Shown here: piece by piece, positions 1 through 8,233 of the stretch
Position numbering within the stretch: position 1 is the stretch's first letter
Layout: each line of letters opens with the position of its first letter
NCBI GenBank assembly: GCA_015494465.1
Contig: WGBD01000001.1
Span: 180,477-244,476, forward strand
Length of the DNA stretch: 64,000 nt
Direction of reading: 5' to 3'
From: Candidatus Omnitrophota bacterium
GTDB lineage: Bacteria > Omnitrophota > Gorgyraeia > S143-82
Translations under genes and position numbers: made by a program
The notes under the pieces: model-generated
Told to the model about the DNA's origin: nothing
The model's input: only the letters and a program-made list of their open reading frames with translations
The model's database searches: none

Positions 1-63
1 TAAAAAGGCCAAAAAGATCCTCTTTTTAACCCTCATCTCTCCCCCCTTCAAATGTAGACATCA

Positions 64-141
64 TGGTAGCCCCAAGGGGATTCGAACCCCTGTTTCATGG
101 CTGAGAACCATGCGTCCTAGGCCGGGCTAGACGATGGGGCC
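64..141 (-). tRNA. tRNA-Glu (anticodon CUC), CCA encoded
   Basis: The reverse complement reads GGCCCCATCGTCTAG...CATGG-TTCTCAG-CCATG...AGGGGTTCGAATCCCCTTGGGGCTACCA. It has a 7-bp acceptor stem, a 5-bp anticodon stem with a 7-nt loop carrying CTC, a GTTCGAATC T-loop, and close similarity to bacterial tRNA-Glu. Confidence 0.7.
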
Positions 142-195
142 ACATACGCACTCACGATTTTAACAAAAAAGCGCTATCCAGTCAACGCTATCGGT

Positions 196-1059
196 TCACT
201 TGCCCAACTTCTCTAAGGCAGACCAACCTCGTTCTCCCCCTTCACCACTCTCTATCAGGCCCTCTTCTCCCTTCTGCGTCCCAGAGGGTTGGGACGGAGC
301 AGGGGCAGTCTTCACGACGAACAAGCTATCCGGCAAATCGGGATTGATCGTTACATCCACCACCTCGGTATCTGCGACTTTTTCACCATCCAGATACATC
401 TCCATTCTTCTAGGAAAGCGAACCCCTGGAGCTCCCTGAACTGCTTTAAAACCACTCCTAACCAAGACGATCTTATTCCCCCCTACCTCCTGCTCCAGCT
501 TCAGCCAATCTAGGGTCTCTTTGTCGAGATAGAGCTTAACATCATTGTCCATAGCCAACACATAACAGGGACGGCCATTCACCGTTTCTTCTCCCACCAG
601 TTTTAGTCTACCCTTAAGATTGCTCAGCCAATCCACATCCCCGACTGGATTCATCTTATTGAGCCCTACCTTGTCCACCGGTATCCGCTGAGTTTGGCCC
701 TGAGATATGACCCACAGATCCTTGCCGTCGAATATGCTAATCGACTTCAAGTACTCCGCTGGGATGTCCTTGGGGGCCTTGACTGGTTGGGACTCACTCC
801 TTAGTTTGTTCCCCTTCTGATAGACCACATTCTCTATCTCCACTTCTTGGTCCCCAAACGCCCCCTTGGTCCTGGCCACGATCTTTAGCGTCTGCACCTT
901 GGCCTTGAACGCCTTCCCCTTCTCGTCTAGGCGGGAGACGATGTCGTCCAAGGTCCCAGCCCACAAAGCCACCTGAAACGAGATCACGCCCAGGACTAAC
1001 AAGCCTGCTTTGACTATCCTAGCCACTTCTAACCTCCTTTCAGACGAGCCGAAGCGCAA
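196..1059 (-). CDS. secreted or periplasmic protein with an N-terminal anchor, possibly LolA-like outer-membrane lipoprotein-sorting fold (function uncertain)
   Basis: 287-aa ORF with an N-terminal hydrophobic segment (LLVLGVISFQVALWAG). Composition and length are consistent with LolA/RseB-like proteins, but I recognise no diagnostic motif. Confidence 0.35.
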   Translation of the reverse strand: MRFGSSERRLEVARIVKAGLLVLGVISFQVALWAGTLDDIVSRLDEKGKAFKAKVQTLKIVARTKGAFGDQEVEIENVVYQKGNKLRSESQPVKAPKDIPAEYLKSISIFDGKDLWVISQGQTQRIPVDKVGLNKMNPVGDVDWLSNLKGRLKLVGEETVNGRPCYVLAMDNDVKLYLDKETLDWLKLEQEVGGNKIVLVRSGFKAVQGAPGVRFPRRMEMYLDGEKVADTEVVDVTINPDLPDSLFVVKTAPAPSQPSGTQKGEEGLIESGEGGERGWSALEKLGK

Positions 1060-1339
1060 GTTCCCGTATCACCCCTACCAAAAACTGCTGTAGGAAGCTC
1101 AAGACCAAGAACGCCACCACCGGAGAAAAATCTAACATTCCCACCTGCAGAGGCAGTTTCCTAAAGGGAGCCAAGATGGGTTCGGTGATGGCGTATATGG
1201 CCTGGATAACGGAATTGTAATAGTAATCTATCTGGAGCCAGGAGAGGATAATCCTGATCACTAAAAGGATGTACAGAATACCAAAGACCATGTCTATAAG
1301 ACTGGCCAAGGCAAAAAGAAAGTGCTTTATGATAAACAT
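1040..1339 (-). CDS. yggT: YggT family membrane protein
   Basis: 99-aa protein with two hydrophobic segments typical of YggT/Ycf19, and it lies next to proC, a common synteny. Confidence 0.55.
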   Translation of the reverse strand: MFIIKHFLFALASLIDMVFGILYILLVIRIILSWLQIDYYYNSVIQAIYAITEPILAPFRKLPLQVGMLDFSPVVAFLVLSFLQQFLVGVIRELALRLV

Positions 1340-1342
1340 ACT

Positions 1343-2131
1343 CTACCTCGCAAGCTCCTTTGCCCTGATCCTTGCCCTTTCAAACGCACCCTTTAGTATA
1401 TCACCTACCCCTTTCTCTGTCATATACTTAATCGCTGCCTCGGTGGTCCCTCCGGGCGAGGTGACCATCCGCCTCAGCTCCTCACACTTGCCGGAAAACT
1501 TTTCCAACAAGAGCCCAGCGCCATAGGCGGTCCTGCGGGCAAGCCTTTCGGCCACCTCCTCAGAGAGGCCAGCCCCTATGCCGAAATCCCGCAGTTGCTC
1601 GGTCAGGAAAAAGTAGTAGGCAGGTCCGCTTCCGCTGATCGCCGTGACTACATCTAAGTCCTCCTCTTTCTCTAGGCGCAGGACTTCCCCCAGCCCCTTT
1701 AATATCTCTAAGGCGACCTCCAGATGGGGTATCCCCTCCTCGTAAACTACGCCGGTTATCCCCGCGGATATCAGACCCGGTGTGTTCGGCATCGCCCTTA
1801 TCACATGCTCGACGCCCATAACCTTCTTAAGATAGCCCCGCGTAATCCCTGCACACACCGACAAAACGCTGACCTCTTCTCCTATCTTATCCCGAATCTG
1901 CTCCGCAACCCCGGAGACATCCTGAGGCTTTACCGCCAGTATTAACAGGCCATCCTCTAACTCCGGAACCGTCTGCCTGCACTCCACATCAGGATACATA
2001 CCGCTTGCCCTCTCCAGCTGTTCTGCCCGTTTGTCCACCACCACGATCCGATCCACATCCCTGCACCTCACCGCGGACTTCAAAAGGGCCATCCCCATGT
2101 TCCCGCAACCGAGCAAAACGACCTCTGCCAC
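1343..2131 (-). CDS. proC: pyrroline-5-carboxylate reductase
   Basis: N-terminal Rossmann motif LLGCGNMGMAL, the conserved SPGGTT motif near the C-terminus, and a length of 262 aa. Confidence 0.85.
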   Translation of the reverse strand: MAEVVLLGCGNMGMALLKSAVRCRDVDRIVVVDKRAEQLERASGMYPDVECRQTVPELEDGLLILAVKPQDVSGVAEQIRDKIGEEVSVLSVCAGITRGYLKKVMGVEHVIRAMPNTPGLISAGITGVVYEEGIPHLEVALEILKGLGEVLRLEKEEDLDVVTAISGSGPAYYFFLTEQLRDFGIGAGLSEEVAERLARRTAYGAGLLLEKFSGKCEELRRMVTSPGGTTEAAIKYMTEKGVGDILKGAFERARIRAKELAR

Positions 2132-2132
2132 T

Positions 2133-2684
2133 TCAACCCTCCAGGTTTACCAACGCCCCAACCCGTTTACTCTTCAGGTTCGTGTTCTCCCAAGTATGGG
2201 GTACGATAACCACCTCAAACCAGCGCTTCACTTTATCAACATCCTGCACGGTTAGGCTTATCCCGTCCACGCCAACGGATCCTTTCGCCTCCACACCTAT
2301 CTTCCCCTTCACCACACCTATCTTCAACCTATACTCCCCTGCCCTCCTGCGAATAGCACCTATCCTGCCAACCGCACTTACATGGCCGGACATAATGTGT
2401 CCACCGACCCTGTCCCCCACCCGCATGGCCGGTTCCAGGTTTACCACCTCTCCCACCCGCCAACGGGAGACAGTGGTATCGGAGAGCGTCGTAGGAGAGG
2501 CCCAAAACCGCAACTGTCCCCTCTCCCTGCCCTCCACGGTAAGGCAGACCCCGTTAACCGCCACGCTGTCCCCAACGGAGACCTCTCCTTCGGGAAAGGG
2601 ATCCTTAATCCACAACTCCTTTCCCCCTCGCCTCCCGACGATCCGGCTAACGGTAGAGGTATGTCTTATCAATCCGGTGAACAT
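2133..2684 (-). CDS. ribE: riboflavin synthase alpha subunit
   Basis: N-terminal MFTGLI, and GVCLTV and GGHIMSGHV motifs matching riboflavin synthase lumazine-binding repeats. Confidence 0.7.
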   Translation of the reverse strand: MFTGLIRHTSTVSRIVGRRGGKELWIKDPFPEGEVSVGDSVAVNGVCLTVEGRERGQLRFWASPTTLSDTTVSRWRVGEVVNLEPAMRVGDRVGGHIMSGHVSAVGRIGAIRRRAGEYRLKIGVVKGKIGVEAKGSVGVDGISLTVQDVDKVKRWFEVVIVPHTWENTNLKSKRVGALVNLEG

Positions 2685-2689
2685 AATCC

Positions 2690-3823
2690 CTAACCCAAAT
2701 CTCCCTCAATCCAGAGGTCTTCCCCAAGGTCTTCCACTCGCACATCCCTCAAGAAGACCCTTCCCTCCAACCCGAGATCCAGATCCAACCAACCCATGCC
2801 TCTGCCCAGCAAGCTCTTGGAGGTGCACAGGACCAACCTGTCCACCAATCCCTCCCCAAAGAAGGCAGAGACCACCCCTGCCCCCGCCTCGACCAGGACC
2901 CGGGCTATCCCTTGGGAAAACAGGACCCCCATCACCGCCTCGAGGTCAACCCTGCCATCCCGAACGGGAACCGGAAAGACCCGGAAGTATTCCCTGACCC
3001 TTTTCGCAAGATACGCCTTAAACCGAGCGATCTTCCTTGAGGATACATCTTCCCCCACGAACACCCAAAGCGGGGTCCTCTCCGAGACCGTATTCATCAA
3101 TCGTGCCTCAGGGGAGATGCGAAACTGGGTGTCCAAGACCACCCGAACCAACCGCTGAGAGGTCCTCCCCCAACGGAGCGTGAGTTGAGGGTCGTCCCGC
3201 TCAACCGTGCCGATACCGGTAAGCACTGCATCCACTCGTGCCCTGAGGTCCCTGTGGACCCTGCGTCTGGTCCTCTCCGAGGTAATCCACTTCGACCTGC
3301 CTCTTCGGTCCCCGATCTTTCCGTCCAAGGTCTGGGCAACCTTGACTACCACAAACGGCCTGCGCTCCTCCATTAAGAGCCTGAAAGGGCGATAGAACCT
3401 GTCTATCTCCCGGCGAAGTTCTGAGGAGGCAATCCTCTCAACCCGAATCCCCTTCTTCCTCAACCTCAAAGACCTGCGGTAATTGACCGGATTGGGATCC
3501 CAACTGCCAACGACCACCCTCGATATCCCGAATTCCTCTATCGCCAAGGTGCAGGGCGGGGTATTGCCCCAACTATCGCAGGGCTCGAGGGTAACGAACA
3601 ACTCACTGCCCCGAATCCCCTCGGGCCCAACCGTTTTCCTGGCCTTATTTATCGCCACCAACTCCGCGTGTAGACTGCCCACCCCCCGGTGAAATCCTCT
3701 GCCGATGACCTTACCGTCTTTCACCAACACCGCCCCCACGGAAGGATTCATACCCGTCTTACCGTCGTACCGGCGGGCTAAATCCAAGGCCTCGAGCATG
3801 TAGACATCATCTGAACCGGACAT
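2690..3823 (-). CDS. ribD: bifunctional riboflavin biosynthesis deaminase/reductase RibD
   Basis: CMP/dCMP-type deaminase zinc motifs (HAE..., PCxxC: LHAELVAIN, LEPCDSWG) followed by a reductase domain. The ORF track extends the N-terminus to 4084, but that extension overlaps the upstream gene and does not look like protein. The likely start is the ATG at 3823 (MSGSDDVYMLEAL) or the one at 3799. Confidence 0.75.
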   Translation of the reverse strand: MSGSDDVYMLEALDLARRYDGKTGMNPSVGAVLVKDGKVIGRGFHRGVGSLHAELVAINKARKTVGPEGIRGSELFVTLEPCDSWGNTPPCTLAIEEFGISRVVVGSWDPNPVNYRRSLRLRKKGIRVERIASSELRREIDRFYRPFRLLMEERRPFVVVKVAQTLDGKIGDRRGRSKWITSERTRRRVHRDLRARVDAVLTGIGTVERDDPQLTLRWGRTSQRLVRVVLDTQFRISPEARLMNTVSERTPLWVFVGEDVSSRKIARFKAYLAKRVREYFRVFPVPVRDGRVDLEAVMGVLFSQGIARVLVEAGAGVVSAFFGEGLVDRLVLCTSKSLLGRGMGWLDLDLGLEGRVFLRDVRVEDLGEDLWIEGDLG

Positions 3824-4634
3824 CCGCGAAGACTCGTTCGAAGAGGTCCTGAGGCATACCCACCTTGCCCAGAAAGTCCTGCTTCTTGGCAGATCCGTGG
3901 AAGTCGGAACCACCGGTAGGGAACAGGCCCTTCTCCTTGCACAAGACGAGCAACTCCTCCACGAACCTCTCTCCGTGCTCCGGATAGAAGACCTCCACCC
4001 CCCAGAAGGCAAAACTATCCAATATCCTCCCCACCAACCGCGAAGGAACGAATATCGGATGGGCCAAAACCGGAAGACCGCCACTTGCAGTTATCACCTC
4101 TATGGCCTCACTGACATCCATCCGCAGGGTAGGCACATAATAAGGGCAGTGATAACCGATAAGGTCCTTATAGGCCCGCTCCAGACTGGGGACATATCCC
4201 TTCTCCAGCAACACCGCAGCCAGGTGCGGTCTGCCTACCACCCCGTGATGGGCCTTGGCAAAGACCTCCTCGCAAGAGACCGAAAACCCGTCCCGGTTAA
4301 GGCGGGAGACCATCTCCTGCATGCGCCTCTGACGCCTCATCTGCTGACGACTCAATACCTGTCCTAAATCCGAAGACTCCGCATCTACAAAGTACCCGAG
4401 GATGTGCACCTCCACCCCGTCGTACTCACAACTGAACTCCACCCCCGGCACGAAGGACAATCCGTAATACTCACAGGCCCGTTCAGCCCTCTCTAATCCA
4501 GCCACCGTGTCGTGATCGGTAAGGGCCACGGCGGACAGCCCCCTCAACTTGGCAAGGGATACCAACCCTTCCGGGGAGTGGGTCCCATCGGAAAACAGGG
4601 AATGCATGTGCAGGTCAGCAAAGACTAACTCCAT
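3807..4634 (-). CDS. PHP-domain phosphoesterase, TrpH/YciV (RNase AM)-like
   Basis: N-terminal DLHMHSLFSDG and the following TDHDT motifs are typical of TrpH-type PHP phosphoesterases. It sits next to trpS. Confidence 0.7.
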   Translation of the reverse strand: MELVFADLHMHSLFSDGTHSPEGLVSLAKLRGLSAVALTDHDTVAGLERAERACEYYGLSFVPGVEFSCEYDGVEVHILGYFVDAESSDLGQVLSRQQMRRQRRMQEMVSRLNRDGFSVSCEEVFAKAHHGVVGRPHLAAVLLEKGYVPSLERAYKDLIGYHCPYYVPTLRMDVSEAIEVITASGGLPVLAHPIFVPSRLVGRILDSFAFWGVEVFYPEHGERFVEELLVLCKEKGLFPTGGSDFHGSAKKQDFLGKVGMPQDLFERVFADVRFR

Positions 4635-5608
4635 ATCTTCTGCCTTATCTTGGACCAGACCCTGCGGGCCACCGCTCCAGCCCGCTCCTTCCCCTGCCTA
4701 AGGATGTCCATCACCAGATCCCTCTTGGCCAGCAGTTCCTGGCGCCTGGAACGAATAGGCTCCAGTCGGGCATTGATGTTTCCCGCAAGGTGGCGCTTGC
4801 ACTCAACGCAACCTATCTTACCCGCCCGACAATCCCTCTCTATCTCCGCTACATCCCCTTCCGAGAAGACCCTGTGATAGGTAAACACCGAGCAGACCTC
4901 CGGATGGCCGGGATCGGTCTTCCTAATGCGGGCAGGGTCGGTTATCATCCGGGAGACCTTTTTAGTAACCTCATCCGCAGGCTCTCCCAAAGAGATGAAG
5001 TTGCCATAACTCTTGCTCATCTTCCTGCCGTCCAGTCCGGGCAGGCGGGGTATCTTGGTCAAAAGGGGTTGGGGCTCAGGCAGATCCAATCCAAAGTAAT
5101 AATTTGCCCTGCGCACTATCTCTCTGGCCAACTCCAGATGGGGCAACTGATCCTCCCCCACAGGCACCAGTTCCGCCTCGTATATGAGGATGTCCGCTGC
5201 CTGCAGGACGGGATAGCCTATAAAGGCGTGGGTCTGCAACTGCCGGGTACTAAGATTCTGCAACTGCTCTTTGTAGGTAGGGCACCGCTCAAGCCAGCCC
5301 AACGGCGTCAGGATGGAGAACAACATGTAGAGGTCCAGGTGCTCCTGCACATCCGACTGCAAGAACACCACTGCCTTATCCGGATCGATCCCGCAGGCCA
5401 GCCAATCCACCACATTGTCCACTATGTATTCGCTCAAAGACTGGTGCCGCTCGTACTCGCTCATCAGGGCATGCCAGTCCGCAACCATAAAAAAGCAGGA
5501 ATACTCCTCCTGCAGGGCAATCCAGTTGGACAAGGCCCCCACGAGGTGCCCGAGATGAAGGGGCCCGGTAGGCCTCATCCCGCTCAAGACGACTTTCTTC
5601 TCAGCCAT
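4625..5608 (-). CDS. trpS: tryptophan--tRNA ligase
   Basis: HIGH-type motif (TGPLHLGHLVG) and KMSKS present. 327 aa, class I aaRS. Confidence 0.9.
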   Translation of the reverse strand: MAEKKVVLSGMRPTGPLHLGHLVGALSNWIALQEEYSCFFMVADWHALMSEYERHQSLSEYIVDNVVDWLACGIDPDKAVVFLQSDVQEHLDLYMLFSILTPLGWLERCPTYKEQLQNLSTRQLQTHAFIGYPVLQAADILIYEAELVPVGEDQLPHLELAREIVRRANYYFGLDLPEPQPLLTKIPRLPGLDGRKMSKSYGNFISLGEPADEVTKKVSRMITDPARIRKTDPGHPEVCSVFTYHRVFSEGDVAEIERDCRAGKIGCVECKRHLAGNINARLEPIRSRRQELLAKRDLVMDILRQGKERAGAVARRVWSKIRQKIWS

Positions 5609-6045
5609 ATCTCTTCCAGTTCCGCGTTTATCTCCTCTATATCCTCCGAAGACAGCTCCTTATCGCTTATCTCCTCTTCCTCGTCCTCCTCCTGCCAGGA
5701 GAGGAACTCCCCCACTGACAGGGACTTTATCCCCGCCTTGTGGGCGTAGAACCTGACCTCCCTGTCGTCGCTGACCACGAACCCGGCCGAGGGCCTGTAC
5801 CTCTCCAGAAACTCCTTTATCTTGACGTCTGCGGTCTTCTCCTCCGAAAAGACCACCTCAAACATAGGGAACTCAAAGGCGATGTCAGGATTCCGGGCAC
5901 CGTCAAAGAAGACCACTATGCGGTTCTTATTGGAGAACGAGATAGGATGGCGAAGGAGATATCTAAGGAATCCCCTTCGCAGGTCACCCCAACCCCGGGA
6001 TCGCAACTTCCCGAGGATGTTGTAGGCATCCAAAACGAATAACAT
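5584..6045 (-). CDS. NYN/PIN-like domain protein (YacP-like), acidic C-terminal tail
   Basis: 153 aa. The N-terminal MLFVLDAYNILG...VVFFDG pattern is typical of YacP/NYN nuclease-like proteins, and the C-terminus is an acidic tail. Confidence 0.5.
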   Translation of the reverse strand: MLFVLDAYNILGKLRSRGWGDLRRGFLRYLLRHPISFSNKNRIVVFFDGARNPDIAFEFPMFEVVFSEEKTADVKIKEFLERYRPSAGFVVSDDREVRFYAHKAGIKSLSVGEFLSWQEEDEEEEISDKELSSEDIEEINAELEEIWLRRKSS

Positions 6046-6137
6046 AGTAATTCATACCACAGCCCGCCCACATCTTCAATCACAAAAGCACCTCTTTTCC
6101 CGAAATTCTCCCGCTTGCCGTAATCATTGTTTACCCC

Positions 6138-6167
6138 AAACAAAAAAGGCCTCGCGAAAGCGAGGCC
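6138..6167 (-). terminator. intrinsic (rho-independent) terminator downstream of pckG
   Basis: On the minus strand, a GGCCTCGC-TTTC-GCGAGGCC perfect 8-bp GC-rich hairpin is followed immediately by TTTTTTGTTT, 28 nt after the pckG stop. Confidence 0.65.
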
Positions 6168-6194
6168 GTCGACGAGGGAATCTACCCTTCCGAC

Positions 6195-8096
6195 TCACTT
6201 ACAGCAATTCGGAGCGAACTTCTCCATCAGCACGAACGGAGAGACCACCTCCCCCTGACAGGAGAGCATCTTCTCCAGAATCGCCTTCTGTCGGCGGAAG
6301 ACCTCCAAGGCGACCTCCGGGGTCTTGGCGGAGGGATCGGAGTATATCTCCAGCATCCGGTTTATCTTATCCAGATTGTTCTTCACCCGCAGGGAGAACT
6401 GGGCCTCGTAATCTTTCTTGGTGTACTCCTTGCCCAATACCTCGGCAAAGAGGACCTTGAGGTCCTCGTAGTAGGGGAAGTAGCCAATAGGGGTGGCAAA
6501 GGCAGAGAAGTATCCCTTGACCCTGCCTGCCATCCACTTCAACCAGACCCGCTTGTCGTGCATCCCGGTGAGGAACTTACCGTTCTCGTCGCGCTGAAAG
6601 TAATTGACCCCGAAGATGATGGGCACCTTTTTCAGCCCTTCCACAAACTTGATGTGATTCTCCACATACCGGCCTATAGGGATAGAAAGGAAGTCCAGAT
6701 TGGCCATCGGGTTGAACTTCCTCACCCCCACCGCCCCGAGGGTGGCAGCGGTGGTCTCAGACTCCAACGCAGCACCTATGGTCACCACCCCGTGCACCCA
6801 GTCAAAGCTCTGGAATACCGGCACCCAGGTGTCCGAATCCCTTCCGCCGTATATGACCGCGCTCACCTCAACTCCCTCTCTGGCCTCAAGGGCCCGGCAG
6901 TCGCAGTTTTCAAGAGAAGACAGCCTTATCGTGTACCTGGCATTGGGGTGGGCGTAGGGAATCTCCTTGCCGTCTTCGTCCTTTTTCCCCTTGTACCACT
7001 CACCGGAGAAGTTCTCCCCTCTCTTCGGAATCTCCCTTCCGTCTCCCTGCCAATAGGGGATACCGTCCACCACCAACACATTGGAGAAAATCACCTCACC
7101 CGGACTGGTGAGGACCTTCCAGATAAGGGGATCGTCCTTGGGGTTGACATCCCTTATTATCCCAAATATGCCTCTCTCCACATTAACCGCCCTAACTCTG
7201 CCATTTAGTCTGCGCAGGTAGGAGATGTCGTCACCTACGATGTTCTCCCCCTCCACCATACAGGTAGAGGTCTTCCCGCAGGCTGAGGGGAACGCACCGG
7301 TGAAGTATACCTTATCCCCCTCCCGGGTGTGTACTCCCATAAGGAACATGTGCTCCGCCAACCAGCCCTCGCGGTCTGCCCTGCGTATGGCCAGACGGAG
7401 GGCCAGTTTCTTTAAACCGACGGTGTTGCCGGCGTACTGGGTGTTCACGCTGTAGACGATCTCATCCTTCAAATCTATGTAGATCCTCCGCCTGTCTACA
7501 TTCTTGCTGTTATTCCGCTCGTCCAATTCCCCTGCCGAGTGGACGAACCTAAAGAACCCCTCCGGACGGGCCTTTTTAAAGGCCTCGTAGGCAGGCCGGT
7601 AGAGTATGTCCTCGGAATGGGCCACATAGGCGGAATCGGTCAACTGCACCGCATAAAGAGAGAACGGCGAATCCACCGGCCCCAGTCCCATAAACAGGAC
7701 ATAGGCCTCCTTGCCCTTCATCGCCCCCTTCAAAAGATCCTTTACCTCTGCAAGACCTTGCTTTCTGTCTATCGTGTTCAAGGAGACACCCAAGTCCTCG
7801 CCCTCCTCCACCAAAAATCGGGTGTTCTCCTTATCCCTTGCCTGATCCTTTATGCCGTCAAAGTGCACGGTATGGCCTTCTATCTTAAGGGGCTTCTCCT
7901 CACCCAATTCTATAGCCCGCCTGCGTATGTACTCTATGGTCTCGGGATCGTCGGTCCTGACGAAGACCGAATCCGGCTGGCATAGAGAGACATACTCCTC
8001 TAAGAAAGTCAAGACATCCTCCCGCCCCAAGTTCTCCAACGCCTTGCGGGACCTTTCATCGCACAGTCTAAACAGGTTTTCGTATCTCTCTACCAT
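6195..8096 (-). CDS. pckG: phosphoenolpyruvate carboxykinase (GTP)
   Basis: 633 aa with the kinase-1a P-loop FPSACGKTS and overall GTP-PEPCK architecture. A perfect AAGGAGG SD lies 7 nt upstream of the ATG. Confidence 0.9.
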   Translation of the reverse strand: MVERYENLFRLCDERSRKALENLGREDVLTFLEEYVSLCQPDSVFVRTDDPETIEYIRRRAIELGEEKPLKIEGHTVHFDGIKDQARDKENTRFLVEEGEDLGVSLNTIDRKQGLAEVKDLLKGAMKGKEAYVLFMGLGPVDSPFSLYAVQLTDSAYVAHSEDILYRPAYEAFKKARPEGFFRFVHSAGELDERNNSKNVDRRRIYIDLKDEIVYSVNTQYAGNTVGLKKLALRLAIRRADREGWLAEHMFLMGVHTREGDKVYFTGAFPSACGKTSTCMVEGENIVGDDISYLRRLNGRVRAVNVERGIFGIIRDVNPKDDPLIWKVLTSPGEVIFSNVLVVDGIPYWQGDGREIPKRGENFSGEWYKGKKDEDGKEIPYAHPNARYTIRLSSLENCDCRALEAREGVEVSAVIYGGRDSDTWVPVFQSFDWVHGVVTIGAALESETTAATLGAVGVRKFNPMANLDFLSIPIGRYVENHIKFVEGLKKVPIIFGVNYFQRDENGKFLTGMHDKRVWLKWMAGRVKGYFSAFATPIGYFPYYEDLKVLFAEVLGKEYTKKDYEAQFSLRVKNNLDKINRMLEIYSDPSAKTPEVALEVFRRQKAILEKMLSCQGEVVSPFVLMEKFAPNCCK

Positions 8097-8233
8097 ACAC
8101 CAACCTCCTTTGGCCTGACGTCCTTACGCCGTGTGCCGGGAATCAGAGGGTAAAACGAACCCGTTGTCCCTTGCACCGCATTTTTGAAGGGACTGGCGGT
8201 ATTTTATTATAGGAAAAGGGAATTGTAAAGGCG
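8097..8233 (-). promoter_or_regulatory. pckG 5' region: Shine-Dalgarno AAGGAGG (8103-8110) and candidate sigma70-like -10 TATAAT (8206-8211) on the minus strand
   Basis: The minus strand reads ...TTTACAattcccttttccTATAATaaaatacc... upstream of the RBS. The -35/-10 spacing is non-ideal, so the promoter call is weak. Confidence 0.3.

Noticed and set aside
2005-2997. 330-aa Pro/Ser/Thr-rich plus-strand ORF
   Set aside because: It is antisense to ribE/ribD, and its composition (PxxP runs) is typical of spurious reverse-frame ORFs.
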